Assembly: GCA_015064885.1 (NCBI GenBank)
Contig: SVRJ01000006.1
Coordinates: 3,990 to 67,989, forward strand
Origin: Oscillospiraceae bacterium
Lineage (GTDB): Bacteria > Bacillota > Clostridia > Oscillospirales > CAG-272
DNA: 64,000 nucleotides
Direction of reading: 5' to 3'
Part shown: in pieces, positions 35,656-45,306 of the stretch
How the letters are laid out: each line of letters begins with the position of its first letter
Position numbering within the stretch: the first letter of the stretch is position 1
The notes under the pieces: generated by a model
What the model saw: the letters and a program-made list of their open reading frames with translations, nothing else
Told to the model about the DNA's origin: nothing
Databases searched by the model: none
Position numbers and translations under genes: made by a program

Positions 35656-35754
35656 CGGTATTTCGTTCACAGACTCACATCCTTTCAATGTTATTCTATT
35701 CGGATGTCGACAGAATGTGACAAAAACATCTATAAAAACAGAGAGGAAAAGATC

Positions 35755-36195
35755 ATGTCAACAAAAATAAATATCAAGCTCACAGACGGAGCCGCAGTTC
35801 CCGAATATGCGACCTCGGGCGCCGCAGCGGTCGACCTCCGCGCAAACGTAAAGGAAAGCACGGTAATAGCCCCCGGTGAAAGAAAGCTCATCCCCACGGG
35901 ACTCTCGATGAGCATCCCCGAAGGGCTCGTCGGCATAATAGCCGCAAGATCCGGACTCGCATGCAAAAAAGGAATAGCCCTTTCAAACGGTATAGGAGTC
36001 ATCGACTCGGACTACAGAGGTGAGATAGGCGTCAGCCTTTTCAATACCTCAAAAGAACCGTTCACCGTCGAAAAAGGCGAGCGCATCGCACAAATGATGT
36101 TTATCCCCGTCTGCAAGGCCGAGTTTAGCGTATGCGATTCTCTTGATGAAACAGAAAGAGGAGAGGGTGGCTTCGGCTCGACCGGTAAAAGCTGA
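35755..36195 (+). CDS. dut: dUTP diphosphatase
   Basis: Motifs ATSGAAAVDLRA, IIAARSGLA and GVIDSDYRGEIGV. ATG 35755 has a GAGGAAAAG RBS. Confidence 0.92.
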   Translation: MSTKINIKLTDGAAVPEYATSGAAAVDLRANVKESTVIAPGERKLIPTGLSMSIPEGLVGIIAARSGLACKKGIALSNGIGVIDSDYRGEIGVSLFNTSKEPFTVEKGERIAQMMFIPVCKAEFSVCDSLDETERGEGGFGSTGKS

Positions 36196-36204
36196 AAGCA
36201 CCAA

Positions 36205-36254
36205 AACACACAAGGAGCCGTCTCGTTTTTGAGGCGGCTCCTTGTGTGTTTTAT
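36205..36254. terminator. Long hairpin terminator between the convergent dut and Gfo/Idh/MocA genes
   Basis: aacacacaaggagccgtctc-gttttt-gaggcggctccttgtgtgtt followed by ttat. Confidence 0.75.
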
Positions 36255-36286
36255 CCTTAATATGCTTTGACTTAAAGCTTATCGCA

Positions 36287-37552
36287 TTACGCCTTTTTGC
36301 CTTCGATCCAAAGCTGCTTTACGTTCTCATATACCTCGTCGGGAATATCCCTGAGATATTCTGTCCGCGAGGTGATCGGAAGAAGCTGATCTCCCGCTAT
36401 GCTTTCGTTTGTACATGCGTTATCGTTTCTGTAGGCATCCCTCTGTGCAGGGTCTCTGAGGTCCGGAACCTCCATAGGTATATTGCCGGCAAGCGCAGAA
36501 CGGTATGCGAGTATTCCGCATATACCCATGTCGACTGCCATATACACGTCAACGCTCCACTGTCCGTCCTCGTTGCCGAGTATCTTTTCTATAAAGCAGT
36601 GGGTTGGGTAAAAATCGCTTCCTGCGTGCGATTTCAGTCCCGAAGCCTCTCTTGCCTCTGCGGCGATATCGCTCACTGCATCGTATTTTTCCCACTCTCC
36701 GACGCAGTTTCTGTCGCTCTCCTTGTATATATTGAACTTCTTGTTCTCGGGGAGTCTGCCGCTCTCCATCATTCCCTTCGTGCAGTATAGCTGGTAGTTG
36801 ACGCTGCTCGGCTCGCGCTTGAGATCTCCGTGTATACTCTTGAAGATAACACCGTTCTCCATAGTGACCATCTCGATCCCCGCTCCTCTTATGCTTCCGA
36901 GCTTTATCATACATTCGTGAGGATTCGTCTCAAAGCCGACTACCCTTACAGGTCTAAGTCCCGTCATGGCAATGAGCGGGCCGAGAGAATGCGTGCAGTA
37001 GAAGGTAGCGTACATTTTGTTTCTCCAGTGATCTCTCTCACCATATGTTATCGACGGCCAGATAGCCGAGCAGTCGTGAATATATTCACCTTCACCGTAT
37101 ACGGCCTCTCCTATCTCACCCGTCTTATATCTCTTCCACATTTCAAAGGTATGCTGCATATAGCAGTAGTTCTCCGCATACGCGTAGACGAGACCGGTCT
37201 CCTCGACCGCCTCTATAAGCTCTACCGCCTGAGCCATCGTCTCACACGGAAGCACCTCACTGAGAACGTGCTTGCCCGCTTTAAGGCAGCGCACCGCAAA
37301 GGTGGCGTGCTCGTTTGCGTAGTTGGCAAGAACGACCGCGTCCATTTCGGGATGCTTTATAAATTCATCGAAGCTCTCGTAAAGAGCCACCTCTACCCCT
37401 GCCGCAGCCGCAGTCTCTCTGACCTTGTCGAGCACGGGCACGTACTTATCGCAAACGGCAACCAGCTCGGCATTCGGATGATGCAAAAGAGCCTTTATCA
37501 TTGTCTTCCCGCGGTAACCGCCGAATACTCCTATTTTAAGCTTTCTGTCCAT
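36287..37552 (-). CDS. Gfo/Idh/MocA-family NAD(P)-dependent oxidoreductase with a long C-terminal extension (paralogue 1)
   Basis: Motifs KIGVFGGYRG, MDAVVLANYANEHA, GKHVLSE, AENY, GEGEYIHD and HWRN. ATG 37552 has a GGAGGAA RBS, whereas the track starts 5 codons earlier. Confidence 0.8.
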   Translation of the reverse strand: MDRKLKIGVFGGYRGKTMIKALLHHPNAELVAVCDKYVPVLDKVRETAAAAGVEVALYESFDEFIKHPEMDAVVLANYANEHATFAVRCLKAGKHVLSEVLPCETMAQAVELIEAVEETGLVYAYAENYCYMQHTFEMWKRYKTGEIGEAVYGEGEYIHDCSAIWPSITYGERDHWRNKMYATFYCTHSLGPLIAMTGLRPVRVVGFETNPHECMIKLGSIRGAGIEMVTMENGVIFKSIHGDLKREPSSVNYQLYCTKGMMESGRLPENKKFNIYKESDRNCVGEWEKYDAVSDIAAEAREASGLKSHAGSDFYPTHCFIEKILGNEDGQWSVDVYMAVDMGICGILAYRSALAGNIPMEVPDLRDPAQRDAYRNDNACTNESIAGDQLLPITSRTEYLRDIPDEVYENVKQLWIEGKKA

Positions 37553-37671
37553 AACGTATTCCTCCATGGTGTTTTAGCTATGAGTAGATTATAGCACAAA
37601 AAAGCTTTTAAGTCAAGTATTTTTCTCCTATAAATTTTTTAAAAACATGCAAAAAACTTTTCAAAAACCTA

Positions 37672-37700
37672 TTGACAAACGAATAAGTTTGTGGTATAAT
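37672..37700 (+). promoter_or_regulatory. Sigma-A-type promoter of the rplJL operon
   Basis: TTGACA (37672-37677), 17-nt spacer, tgtggTATAAT (37695-37700). Confidence 0.8.
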
Positions 37701-37706
37701 ATATAG

Positions 37707-37864
37707 GCTATCCAAAGACAGCAGGTTCCCGTAAAAGCTTGTGCCACCCTGCCGAGGAAAAAAATTAAACTTATATTTTGTTTGATTTATCCTTTTCCCG
37801 GTATCTGTGCGCGCTTTTCGGGATTAAGGATATTTTTTATTTTAATCACGGGAGGAAAAAACTT
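37707..37864 (+). promoter_or_regulatory. Ribosomal protein L10 leader (autoregulatory 5' UTR) with an attenuator hairpin
   Basis: A ~155-nt UTR begins ...CCAAAGACAGCAGGUUCCCGUAAAAGCUUGUGCCACCCUGCCGAGG, which resembles the L10(L12)4-binding mimic as I remember it. It is followed by the hairpin atccttttcccg...cgggattaaggat (37789-37831) and attttttatttt, just upstream of the rplJ RBS. Confidence 0.7.
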
Positions 37865-38386
37865 ATGCCGAGTAATGCTATACTTGAACAGAAGAAGCAA
37901 GTTGTTGCTGATGTAGCAGAGCTTATTAAAAATTCTCAGGCAGGCGTTGTTGTTAACTATCAGGGTATCACAGTTGACGCTGATACAGCAATGCGTAAGG
38001 CTCTGAGAGAGGCCGGCGTTAAGTACATGGTTCTTAAGAATTCTCTTACAGGCCGTGCTTGCGAAACAGTTGGTCTCGGCGATATGAAGCAGTACCTCAA
38101 CGGTATGACAGCTATCGCTATCGGCGGTGAAGATCCCATCGCTCCTGCAAAGATACTTAAGGAATACGACGAAAAGATCGAGTCCTTCAACATCCTCGCA
38201 GGTTATCTCGACGGTGCAGTTATCGACAAGGCAACCGTTATGGATCTCGCGGATACTCCTTCCAAGGAAACACTTATTGCAAAGTTCCTCGGAAGCATCC
38301 AGTCTCCTCTTTACGGTCTTGCATATGCTCTTCAGGGCATCATCGACAAGTCGGAAGAAGGCGCAGCAGAAGCTGCAGCAGAGTAA
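37865..38386 (+). CDS. rplJ: 50S ribosomal protein L10
   Basis: Begins MPSNAILEQKKQVVADVAELIKNSQAGVVVNYQGITVDADTAMRKALREAGVKYMVLKNSL. ATG 37865 has a GGAGGAAAAAA RBS. The track ORF starts further upstream at an alternative codon. Confidence 0.95.
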   Translation: MPSNAILEQKKQVVADVAELIKNSQAGVVVNYQGITVDADTAMRKALREAGVKYMVLKNSLTGRACETVGLGDMKQYLNGMTAIAIGGEDPIAPAKILKEYDEKIESFNILAGYLDGAVIDKATVMDLADTPSKETLIAKFLGSIQSPLYGLAYALQGIIDKSEEGAAEAAAE

Positions 38387-38446
38387 TCTATCTTACTCAC
38401 ATCAAAATTTTTACTAACACAAAACTATTTTTGGAGGTAATTTAAA

Positions 38447-38827
38447 ATGGCTAGCGAAAAGATTACAGCTATTGTTGAAGAAATCAAAGGTTTATCTATT
38501 CTTGAGCTTAAGGAGCTCGTAAGCGCAGTTGAAGAGGAGTTCGGCGTATCCGCTGCTCCCGTTGCTGCAGTTGCAGTTGCAGGTGAGGCTGCTCCCGCTG
38601 CAGAAGAAAAGACAGAGTTCGACGTTGTACTTAAGGGTCTCGCTGATCCCAAGGCAAAGCTCAAGGTTATCAAGGTTGTTAAGGACGTTACAGGTCTCGG
38701 ACTCGGCGAAGCTAAGGCTCTCGTTGAAGGCGCTCCCAAGACTGTTAAGGAAGCTGTTGCTAAGGACGTTGCTGAAGATCTCAAGAAGCAGCTCGAAGAA
38801 GCAGGCGCAGAAGTCGAAGTTAAGTAA
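38447..38827 (+). CDS. rplL: 50S ribosomal protein L7/L12
   Basis: 126 aa. Ala-rich hinge and [30 protein letters not shown]. Confidence 0.97.
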   Translation: MASEKITAIVEEIKGLSILELKELVSAVEEEFGVSAAPVAAVAVAGEAAPAAEEKTEFDVVLKGLADPKAKLKVIKVVKDVTGLGLGEAKALVEGAPKTVKEAVAKDVAEDLKKQLEEAGAEVEVK

Positions 38828-38861
38828 TCGACACCTTACTGTCTCAAATCCTGTCTGTACA

Positions 38862-38897
38862 AAAAGGGGTTATCGCTTATGCGTAGCCCCTTTTTTG
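38862..38897 (+). terminator. Intrinsic terminator of rplJL
   Basis: aaaaggggttatcgc-ttat-gcgtagcccctttt followed by ttgttt. The stem is imperfect. Confidence 0.7.
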
Positions 38898-38985
38898 TTT
38901 TCATAAAAGTAATGACACTTGCTTTCAATATTCATATTTTTATGATATAATTATTCGTACAAGATAAAAAGAACAGAGGATAGGT

Positions 38986-39513
38986 ATGGACGTTCAAAGC
39001 ACCGCCTGCTTTACCGGGCACAGACCCTACAATCTCGGAATAAATCCGCAGAATGATAAAAAGACATTCGGTAAGCTTTTATCACGCATTGAAGCCGAGA
39101 TAACCGACCTTGCCCTTTACGGGGGGATAACAGATTTTATAAGCGGAATGGCACTCGGTGTCGACACGTACGCCGCAAGCTGCGTTTTAAAGATGCGCGA
39201 CGAATTCGGGCTCGGCATACGCCTCGTATGTGCTCTTCCCTGCCGCGATCAGTATCTGCGCTGGTCCCGCAGTGAGCAAAACGAATACAGGGCCATCCTC
39301 GATAAGGCGGACGAGGTGATCTGCCTTGAGGAGAGATATACCGACGGATGCATGATAAGGCGAAACGAATTTATGGTAAACAACTCATCTGTCGTAATAG
39401 CGGTGTGGAACGGTCTCCCGGGAGGGACCTCAAGCACGGTGAGGTATGCCAAGCGCAAGGAAAAGGAGATCATACTCATCGATCCGTCAAAGCTCAAGGA
39501 GGAAAAAGAATAA
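38986..39513 (+). CDS. DUF1273/YpsA-like SLOG-fold protein
   Basis: 175 aa. Motifs ACFTGHRPYNLG, ISGMALGVDTYAA and VIAVWNGLPGGT, which are typical of the YpsA family. Confidence 0.7.
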   Translation: MDVQSTACFTGHRPYNLGINPQNDKKTFGKLLSRIEAEITDLALYGGITDFISGMALGVDTYAASCVLKMRDEFGLGIRLVCALPCRDQYLRWSRSEQNEYRAILDKADEVICLEERYTDGCMIRRNEFMVNNSSVVIAVWNGLPGGTSSTVRYAKRKEKEIILIDPSKLKEEKE

Positions 39514-39550
39514 AGGAGCTGTCTCAAGGCTATGCCCGGACAGCTCCTTT
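39512..39550. terminator. Bidirectional terminator between convergent genes
   Basis: aaaggagctgtc-(14 nt)-gacagctccttt, flanked by A and T runs. It abuts both stop codons. Confidence 0.8.
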
Positions 39551-39552
39551 TT

Positions 39553-40734
39553 TTATTTTAAGAACAGCTTTCCCGCAGCCGACGGAAGATCTGTGCTTCC
39601 GTCCTCCTTTGGGAAGGGAGAAAGGTTATCGTTCTTTACTCTTTCGCGATCCTCTTTGCTTCGGAAATCGGGAATATAGAAGGTCTTTCCGTCCTCCAGA
39701 CAGCTCCTCCACGCGAGAATTGCTACCGCAGACATAGTACACCCTCTGTAAACGTCAAAAAACGGTTCCTTGCCATCAAGAATATAATCGATAAAGTTCT
39801 TTACTACCCAGTAGTCGCCACCGCTGTGTCCCGCATCACCGACAGCCTCTGTATGCTCGCCGAAATCCGGAGTATACGTAGTGTTCTGTTCTCTGCCCTC
39901 GGGTATCTTCCACGAATGGTATACGAGATTTACGCTCTTACCGAGAGAGCGACCGGTCTCGACTCCGCCAAACTCACCGCACACACGGTATCCGCTCTTT
40001 GAAGCCATAGCGGCACATCCGGTAAATCTGAACAGAGCGCCCTTATCGGTTATGCAGTTCATCATAACGAAGGCGTCGGTATTATGTCTGAAGTCGGAAT
40101 ACTCCTCCAGCACGTTTGAGTGCACCGCATTTGCGTTGACCTTTATCGGCATTTGCTTTGTCATATACATGAGAGGGCCGAGCGTATGCGTAACGTAATA
40201 GGATCTCGGTAGGAATGCTCTCCAATGGTACTTACCCGGTGTGAGGCGTTCAAGCTCCTCTCTGGGAGCGGCGTGGTTGTATTCACCCTCCGCATAGAGG
40301 ATATCGCCGAGAGTTCCCTCACTGCAGAGTCTCTCCATCTCGAGGAGGGCTGCGGTAAAAGGATAGTTTTCGGCTATCATATATTTGCAGCCTGTTCTTT
40401 CTACCGTCTCGCAAAGCCTTACACAGTCAGAAAGCGTGACCGCCGACGTGCATTCGCTGAAGACGTGTATTCCCTTTTCCATTGCACGTACAGCATACTC
40501 CGCATGCTCGTGAAAATAGTTGCAAAGGAGGACTGCGTCCATCCCCGAATCAATAAATTCATCAAAATTCTTATAATATTTCGTTTCTTCTCCGCATTTT
40601 TCTTTAGCTTTTTCGAGTCTCTCCTCGGACATATCGCACACAGAGGTTATTTTTACACCCTGCATTCTCATTATCACCTTAACGTACGCCATTCCGCGCC
40701 AGAGCCCGAAAACACCAAGTCTTATCTCTTTCAT
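39553..40734 (-). CDS. Gfo/Idh/MocA-family oxidoreductase with a C-terminal extension (paralogue 2)
   Basis: 393 aa. Collinear with the gene at 36287-37552: LGVFGLWRG, MDAVLLCNYFHEHA, GIHVFSE, AENY, GEGEYNHA, HWR and C-terminal IPDFRSKEDRERVKNDN. Confidence 0.8.
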   Translation of the reverse strand: MKEIRLGVFGLWRGMAYVKVIMRMQGVKITSVCDMSEERLEKAKEKCGEETKYYKNFDEFIDSGMDAVLLCNYFHEHAEYAVRAMEKGIHVFSECTSAVTLSDCVRLCETVERTGCKYMIAENYPFTAALLEMERLCSEGTLGDILYAEGEYNHAAPREELERLTPGKYHWRAFLPRSYYVTHTLGPLMYMTKQMPIKVNANAVHSNVLEEYSDFRHNTDAFVMMNCITDKGALFRFTGCAAMASKSGYRVCGEFGGVETGRSLGKSVNLVYHSWKIPEGREQNTTYTPDFGEHTEAVGDAGHSGGDYWVVKNFIDYILDGKEPFFDVYRGCTMSAVAILAWRSCLEDGKTFYIPDFRSKEDRERVKNDNLSPFPKEDGSTDLPSAAGKLFLK

Positions 40735-40756
40735 TTTTTTCTGCCTCCAAAATAAT

Positions 40757-40799
40757 TAAAAACGGCTGCCGCAGGGAAAGTATATCCTCGCGACAGCCG
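40757..40799 (-). terminator. Intrinsic terminator of infB
   Basis: The reverse strand reads cggctgtcgcgagg-atatactttc-cctgcggcagccg followed by tttttaatt. Confidence 0.7.
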
Positions 40800-40812
40800 A
40801 AAAGGTACGGTC

Positions 40813-43563
40813 TTATCTTTCGATCTCTTCCATTGTGAATGCTTCGAGAACGTCGTTCTCCTTGATATCCGCAAACTTTTCAAGTCCGATACCGCACTCA
40901 TATCCCTGAGCTACCTCGCGGACGTCGTCCTTGAAGCGGCGGAGAGATGAGATCTTATCTTCAAAAATTACTATACCGTCACGGACCACGCGTATCTGTG
41001 CGCTTCTTGTGACCTTACCGTCTGTAACGTAAGATCCTGCGATAGTTCCGACGTTGGGAACTCTGATGGTCTGACGTACGGATGCGCGTCCGAGAATGAC
41101 CTCGCGGTACTTGGGAGCAAGCATGCCCTTCATAGCTGCCTCGACCTCTTCTATGCACTCATAGATGACTCTGTAGGTACGGATCTCTACCTTCTGTCTT
41201 TCGGCACTGTCCATAGCCTGCTTATCGGGTCTTACGTTAAAGCCTACTATAATAGCGTTGGATGCTGCGGCAAACGTAACGTCGCTCTCGTTGATTCCTC
41301 CGGCTGCGGCGTGTATTACTTTTACCTTGACCTCGTCGTTGGAGAGCTTTTCGAGAGACTGCTTTACCGCCTCGACCGATCCTCCGACGTCTGCCTTTAC
41401 TATGATGTTAAGGTCCTTTGCACCTGCGGAGATCTGAGAGAAGAGATCGTTGAGGTTTGCTCTCGCATTCATCTTGAATATCTCTTCCTTAGCCTTTGCT
41501 CTGCGCTGGTCTGCAAGGAGTCTTGCCATCTTTTCGTCTTCAACCGCATTGAACTCGTCTCCTGCCATAGGAACCTCTGCAAGACCTGTGATCTCAACCG
41601 GAACGCTGGGGCCTGCCTTCTTGAGCACCTTTCCGTTATGGTCGGTCATAGCCCTTACGTGACCTACGCTCGTTCCTGCTATGATGGTATCTCCTGCACG
41701 GAGGGTACCGTTCTGAACGAGAACTGTAGCTACGGGTCCTCTTCCCTTATCGAGCTTAGCCTCGATAACTACGCCCTTGGCACGTCTGTTCGGGTTAGCC
41801 TTGAGTTCTTTTACTTCTGCAACGAGAAGGAGGTTCTCAAGAAGATCGTCTATTCCCATGTGAGTGAGTGCGGATACGGGTACGCATATAACGTCGCCAC
41901 CCCATTCCTCGGGTACGAGCTCGTATTTTGTAAGCTCCTGCTTTACCATATCCGGGTTAGCGGTGGGCTTATCCATCTTATTTATAGCAACGACTATATC
42001 AACTCCCGCCTGCTTTGCGTGGTTGATAGACTCTACCGTCTGCGGCATGATTCCGTCGTCTGCGGCAACGACGAGTATAGCAATATCGGTAAACATAGCG
42101 CCTCTCGCTCTCATCGCGGTGAACGCTTCGTGACCGGGGGTATCGAGGAAGGTAATATCCTTGCCCTTTGCCTTAACTCTGTACGCACCGATATGCTGAG
42201 TGATACCGCCTGCCTCTCCGCGTGTTACGTGAGCGTTTCTTATCGCGTCGAGAAGAGACGTCTTACCGTGGTCAACGTGACCCATAACTACAACGACGGG
42301 AGCTCTTTCAACGAGGCTTTCCTCGCTGTCCTCCTCCTGCTCGAAGAGTCTTTCCTCTATGGTAACGACTACCTCCTTTTCAACCTCCGCACCGAGCTCG
42401 TCACCTACGAGATAAGCGGTGTCGAAATCTACGGTCTGGTTGATGTTGGCCATAATGCCCATAAGCATAAGCTTCTTGATGACCTCTCCCGAGTTCACCT
42501 TGAGTCTTGAAGCAAGCTCACCTACCGTTATCTCATCCGGAACGGTGATATGGAGCTTCTGCTTCGGAACTTCTGCCTTCGGAGCATTCTTCTTACCGTG
42601 CTTGTTCTTATTGTTTGCAAAGCCCTTGTTACCCCACGACATATCCTCGTCGTGCATCTCTCTTCTGCCTTCGGGGTTGCGAGGGTCTATTTTCTTGGTT
42701 ACGGGCTTCTTTGCCTTCTTGCTGTCTCCTCTTCCCATTCCTTCACTTACAGAGTCAGAGACAAAATTATTGAGCTTGTCGTCGTATTTTGAAAGGTCTA
42801 CGGCGATCGTTCTCGTATCTACGACTCTTACGCGGGATTCGGATTCGGTCTTCTGAGTACCTACCGAAACGTTAGAGCCTACCTTTACCGTATTGTCGTT
42901 TCTCTTTGTATTTTCGGCATTTGTGCGGACGTTCTTATCCTGCTTTGCCTTCTTCGGGTCTGCCTTATTCTGAAGCTGACTTCTGTCAAAACGCGAAAGG
43001 TCGTTCTTCTTTTCGGCGGTGTTTTTCGGCTCCTGTCTTACGGGTGCAGGCTCGGGCTTCTTTGTCTGCTCGGGTGCCTTTACCTGTTCGGGCTTCTTTG
43101 TCTGCTCGGGCGTCTTTACCTGTTCGGGCTTCTTTGTCTGCTCGGGCGTCTTTACCGGTTCGGGCTTCTTTGTCTGCTCGGGCGTTTTTGCGGGCTCGGG
43201 CTTCTTCACCTCGGGCTTCTTTACCTCGGGCTTCTTCACCTCGGGCTTCTTTACCTCCGGCTTTTTCTCGTCTGCGGGGTTTGTTACCTCCGCCTTCACG
43301 TCTGCGGATTCCTTTTCGGGATCTGCTTTCTTTTTACCCGTATTGGGGAGAGGAGCTCCAAGTATATAATCATCTATACCGGAAATCTGATTTTGGCTTG
43401 TAATCTTATCGAAAAATACGTCGAACGCCTCTCCGTCAAGGTATGCTTGCGCGGAGGTATCGTAATCGGTACCCTTCATAATATCCGAAATATCCTTAAG
43501 CTTGAGATCGAGATCCTTTGATAATGTATTAACTTTGAATTGTTTCTTGGTAGTAGCTGCCAT
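40813..43563 (-). CDS. infB: Translation initiation factor IF-2
   Basis: 916 aa. G-domain [28 protein letters not shown] and NKMD. Repetitive Lys/Pro/Glu-rich N-terminal region. Confidence 0.97.
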   Translation of the reverse strand: MAATTKKQFKVNTLSKDLDLKLKDISDIMKGTDYDTSAQAYLDGEAFDVFFDKITSQNQISGIDDYILGAPLPNTGKKKADPEKESADVKAEVTNPADEKKPEVKKPEVKKPEVKKPEVKKPEPAKTPEQTKKPEPVKTPEQTKKPEQVKTPEQTKKPEQVKAPEQTKKPEPAPVRQEPKNTAEKKNDLSRFDRSQLQNKADPKKAKQDKNVRTNAENTKRNDNTVKVGSNVSVGTQKTESESRVRVVDTRTIAVDLSKYDDKLNNFVSDSVSEGMGRGDSKKAKKPVTKKIDPRNPEGRREMHDEDMSWGNKGFANNKNKHGKKNAPKAEVPKQKLHITVPDEITVGELASRLKVNSGEVIKKLMLMGIMANINQTVDFDTAYLVGDELGAEVEKEVVVTIEERLFEQEEDSEESLVERAPVVVVMGHVDHGKTSLLDAIRNAHVTRGEAGGITQHIGAYRVKAKGKDITFLDTPGHEAFTAMRARGAMFTDIAILVVAADDGIMPQTVESINHAKQAGVDIVVAINKMDKPTANPDMVKQELTKYELVPEEWGGDVICVPVSALTHMGIDDLLENLLLVAEVKELKANPNRRAKGVVIEAKLDKGRGPVATVLVQNGTLRAGDTIIAGTSVGHVRAMTDHNGKVLKKAGPSVPVEITGLAEVPMAGDEFNAVEDEKMARLLADQRRAKAKEEIFKMNARANLNDLFSQISAGAKDLNIIVKADVGGSVEAVKQSLEKLSNDEVKVKVIHAAAGGINESDVTFAAASNAIIVGFNVRPDKQAMDSAERQKVEIRTYRVIYECIEEVEAAMKGMLAPKYREVILGRASVRQTIRVPNVGTIAGSYVTDGKVTRSAQIRVVRDGIVIFEDKISSLRRFKDDVREVAQGYECGIGLEKFADIKENDVLEAFTMEEIER
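43053..43262 (-). repeat. In-frame tandem repeats inside infB: about four 36-bp units followed by about four 15-bp units
   Basis: The unit cgggcttctttgtctgctcggg(y)g(y)ctttacc(k)gtt repeats about 4 times (encoding [12 protein letters not shown]). It is followed by cgggcttct(t/c)(t/c)acct about 4 times (encoding KPEVK). Confidence 0.9.
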
Positions 43564-43617
43564 ATAAACACCCTTTTCTGTATTTAAAAAATATCTATAT
43601 AAAACCCATACGGGGAT

Positions 43618-43926
43618 TCAACGTAAGTTTTTCAAAATAGCGTCCGAAAGACCCTTGTCGGTTATTCCGACGCATGCGCTTCCGCTGTTGTTTCCGACTG
43701 CCGAGCCGAGCTCGATCATATCGAAATCGGTATAGACGACGCACACACGGTAGAAATCCGCCTTATCGGAAAGCTTTTTTCTTGTATTCTCGGAGATACC
43801 GCTTGCGGCAAGCACGAGTGAAACGTCACCGTTTTCTCTCATGCGCTTACAGACTGCGTCGGCTCCCGTCACCGTCTTTCCTGCTTTTCTGCAGAGACCG
43901 AGAGTTGAAAGTATTTTATTATTCAC
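43618..43926 (-). CDS. ylxQ: L7Ae-family RNA-binding protein (YlxQ-like)
   Basis: Conserved core LSTLGLCRKAGKTVTG...LVLAASGISENT. I start it at GTG 43926, which overlaps the ylxR stop (GGTGAATAA). The 164-aa track ORF would overlap most of ylxR. Confidence 0.75.
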   Translation of the reverse strand: MNNKILSTLGLCRKAGKTVTGADAVCKRMRENGDVSLVLAASGISENTRKKLSDKADFYRVCVVYTDFDMIELGSAVGNNSGSACVGITDKGLSDAILKNLR

Positions 43927-44188
43927 CGTCTGCCACCTCTGCCGCGAGCTCGTCGTATATCTCCTCGGAAAGAGCAACTCCGAGCGAGCTTGAAAGGCGT
44001 CCGCTTTTTTTGGCTTTTTTAAGACATTCGGTTGAGCGGCACATATAAGCGCCTCTTCCGTTCTGCTTTCCGATCCTGTCGAGCACGACGTCTCCCTCGG
44101 GAGTTCTGACAACTCTTATAAGCTCGGTCTTCGCCTTCTGCTCTCCGCATACGGCGCATTTTCTGAGAGGGATCTTTTTTTCCTTCAT
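43919..44188 (-). CDS. ylxR: YlxR/DUF448 RNA-binding protein
   Basis: 89 aa. Motif PLRKCAVCGEQKAKTELIRVVRTPEGDVVLDRIGKQNGRGAYMC. Confidence 0.9.
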   Translation of the reverse strand: MKEKKIPLRKCAVCGEQKAKTELIRVVRTPEGDVVLDRIGKQNGRGAYMCRSTECLKKAKKSGRLSSSLGVALSEEIYDELAAEVADGE

Positions 44189-44210
44189 CTTTCGGATCTT
44201 CTCCTCTGTA

Positions 44211-45257
44211 TCAGACTTCTATTTCGAGCGAGTCGCCTGTTATATCTATCTTACATCCTGTGAGCTTTGCCGCAAGTCTTGCGTTCTGACCGCCTCTGCC
44301 TATTGCGAGTGACAACTGCTCGGGAGCAACGTATACCTTTGCGCTTGCGGTGTCGAGCATGACGACTGCCTTTACCGTAGCGGGAAGGAGGGCGGACTTT
44401 ATGTATTCCACCTTATCCTCGCTGTAGCCGATAACGTCCACCTTTTCGCCTGCGAGCTCGGAGAGGATACCCTCAATTCTCGACTTGTTCTGACCGATAC
44501 AAGCACCGATAGCGTCGATGCCTTCGACTCTGGAATATACCGCAACCTTACTTCTCGATCCGGGATCTCTCGCGATAGAAGCGAGCACCACGTCTCCGGA
44601 TGCGATCTCGGGAACCTCAAGCTCAAAAAGTCTGCGGAGGAAGCCCGTGTGCTTTCTCGAGATAGTAACAGAAACGCCGTTTGCTCTTCTGTCTACCTCC
44701 TGAATGAACACTCTTATGCTCTGACCGATCTCAAGCTTTTCGCCGGGGATCTGTTCCTTGAGAGAAAGGATAGCCTTGTGGTCGCCAAGGTCGATGATAA
44801 CGTCGCCCGTATCTCTGTCGATCTTATCTACGACTGCGCTGACGATCTCCTCGCGGCGCTTCTCATAGCTCTGCTGAAGCATCTGCTTCTGTGCTTCTCT
44901 TATATTATGAACTATGACCTGTCTTGCCGCGCCTACGCTTACGCGCTTAAGGTCTTTTGCCTTGATCTCGTTTTCGAATATATCGCCGACCTTATATCTC
45001 TTGCTCTTGCGCTTTGCTTCCTCGAGAGATATTTCAACGTCGTCGTTTACGACCTCCTCAACTACAGTTCTCTGTCTGAAGAACTGGAGGTCTTCCTTTT
45101 CGCTGTTGAGCTGAACTCTGACCTCGATATTGGGCTTATCATACTCCTTTTTAAGAGCTGAGACCATAGCGGCCTTTATCTTGTCAACCATATAGTCCTT
45201 GTCTATGCCGTACTCCTGTTCAAGAAGCTCGAGAGATCTGAAAAATTCCTTATTCAT
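44211..45257 (-). CDS. nusA: Transcription termination/antitermination factor NusA
   Basis: 348 aa. NusA N-terminal domain, S1 domain and two KH domains (GACIGQNKSRI, AIGRGGQNARLAAKLTG). Confidence 0.96.
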   Translation of the reverse strand: MNKEFFRSLELLEQEYGIDKDYMVDKIKAAMVSALKKEYDKPNIEVRVQLNSEKEDLQFFRQRTVVEEVVNDDVEISLEEAKRKSKRYKVGDIFENEIKAKDLKRVSVGAARQVIVHNIREAQKQMLQQSYEKRREEIVSAVVDKIDRDTGDVIIDLGDHKAILSLKEQIPGEKLEIGQSIRVFIQEVDRRANGVSVTISRKHTGFLRRLFELEVPEIASGDVVLASIARDPGSRSKVAVYSRVEGIDAIGACIGQNKSRIEGILSELAGEKVDVIGYSEDKVEYIKSALLPATVKAVVMLDTASAKVYVAPEQLSLAIGRGGQNARLAAKLTGCKIDITGDSLEIEV

Positions 45258-45306
45258 TTTAGGATTATTCCTTTCAACTTGATTTAATATTTAAATTCTG
45301 TTATTA

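Noticed and set aside
41311-42510. A 399-aa + strand ORF, plus the Ser/Gly/Phe-rich + strand ORFs at 42906-43403
   Set aside because: They are antisense to infB. The repetitive ones simply mirror the infB tandem repeats.
43053-43262. Regularly spaced repeats that could have been a CRISPR array
   Set aside because: The units abut each other with no spacers, have periods of 36 and 15 bp, and are in frame inside infB.
43927-44112. N-terminal 62-codon extension of the ylxQ ORF
   Set aside because: It would overlap almost all of ylxR in another frame. The conserved L7Ae core starts right after GTG 43926.
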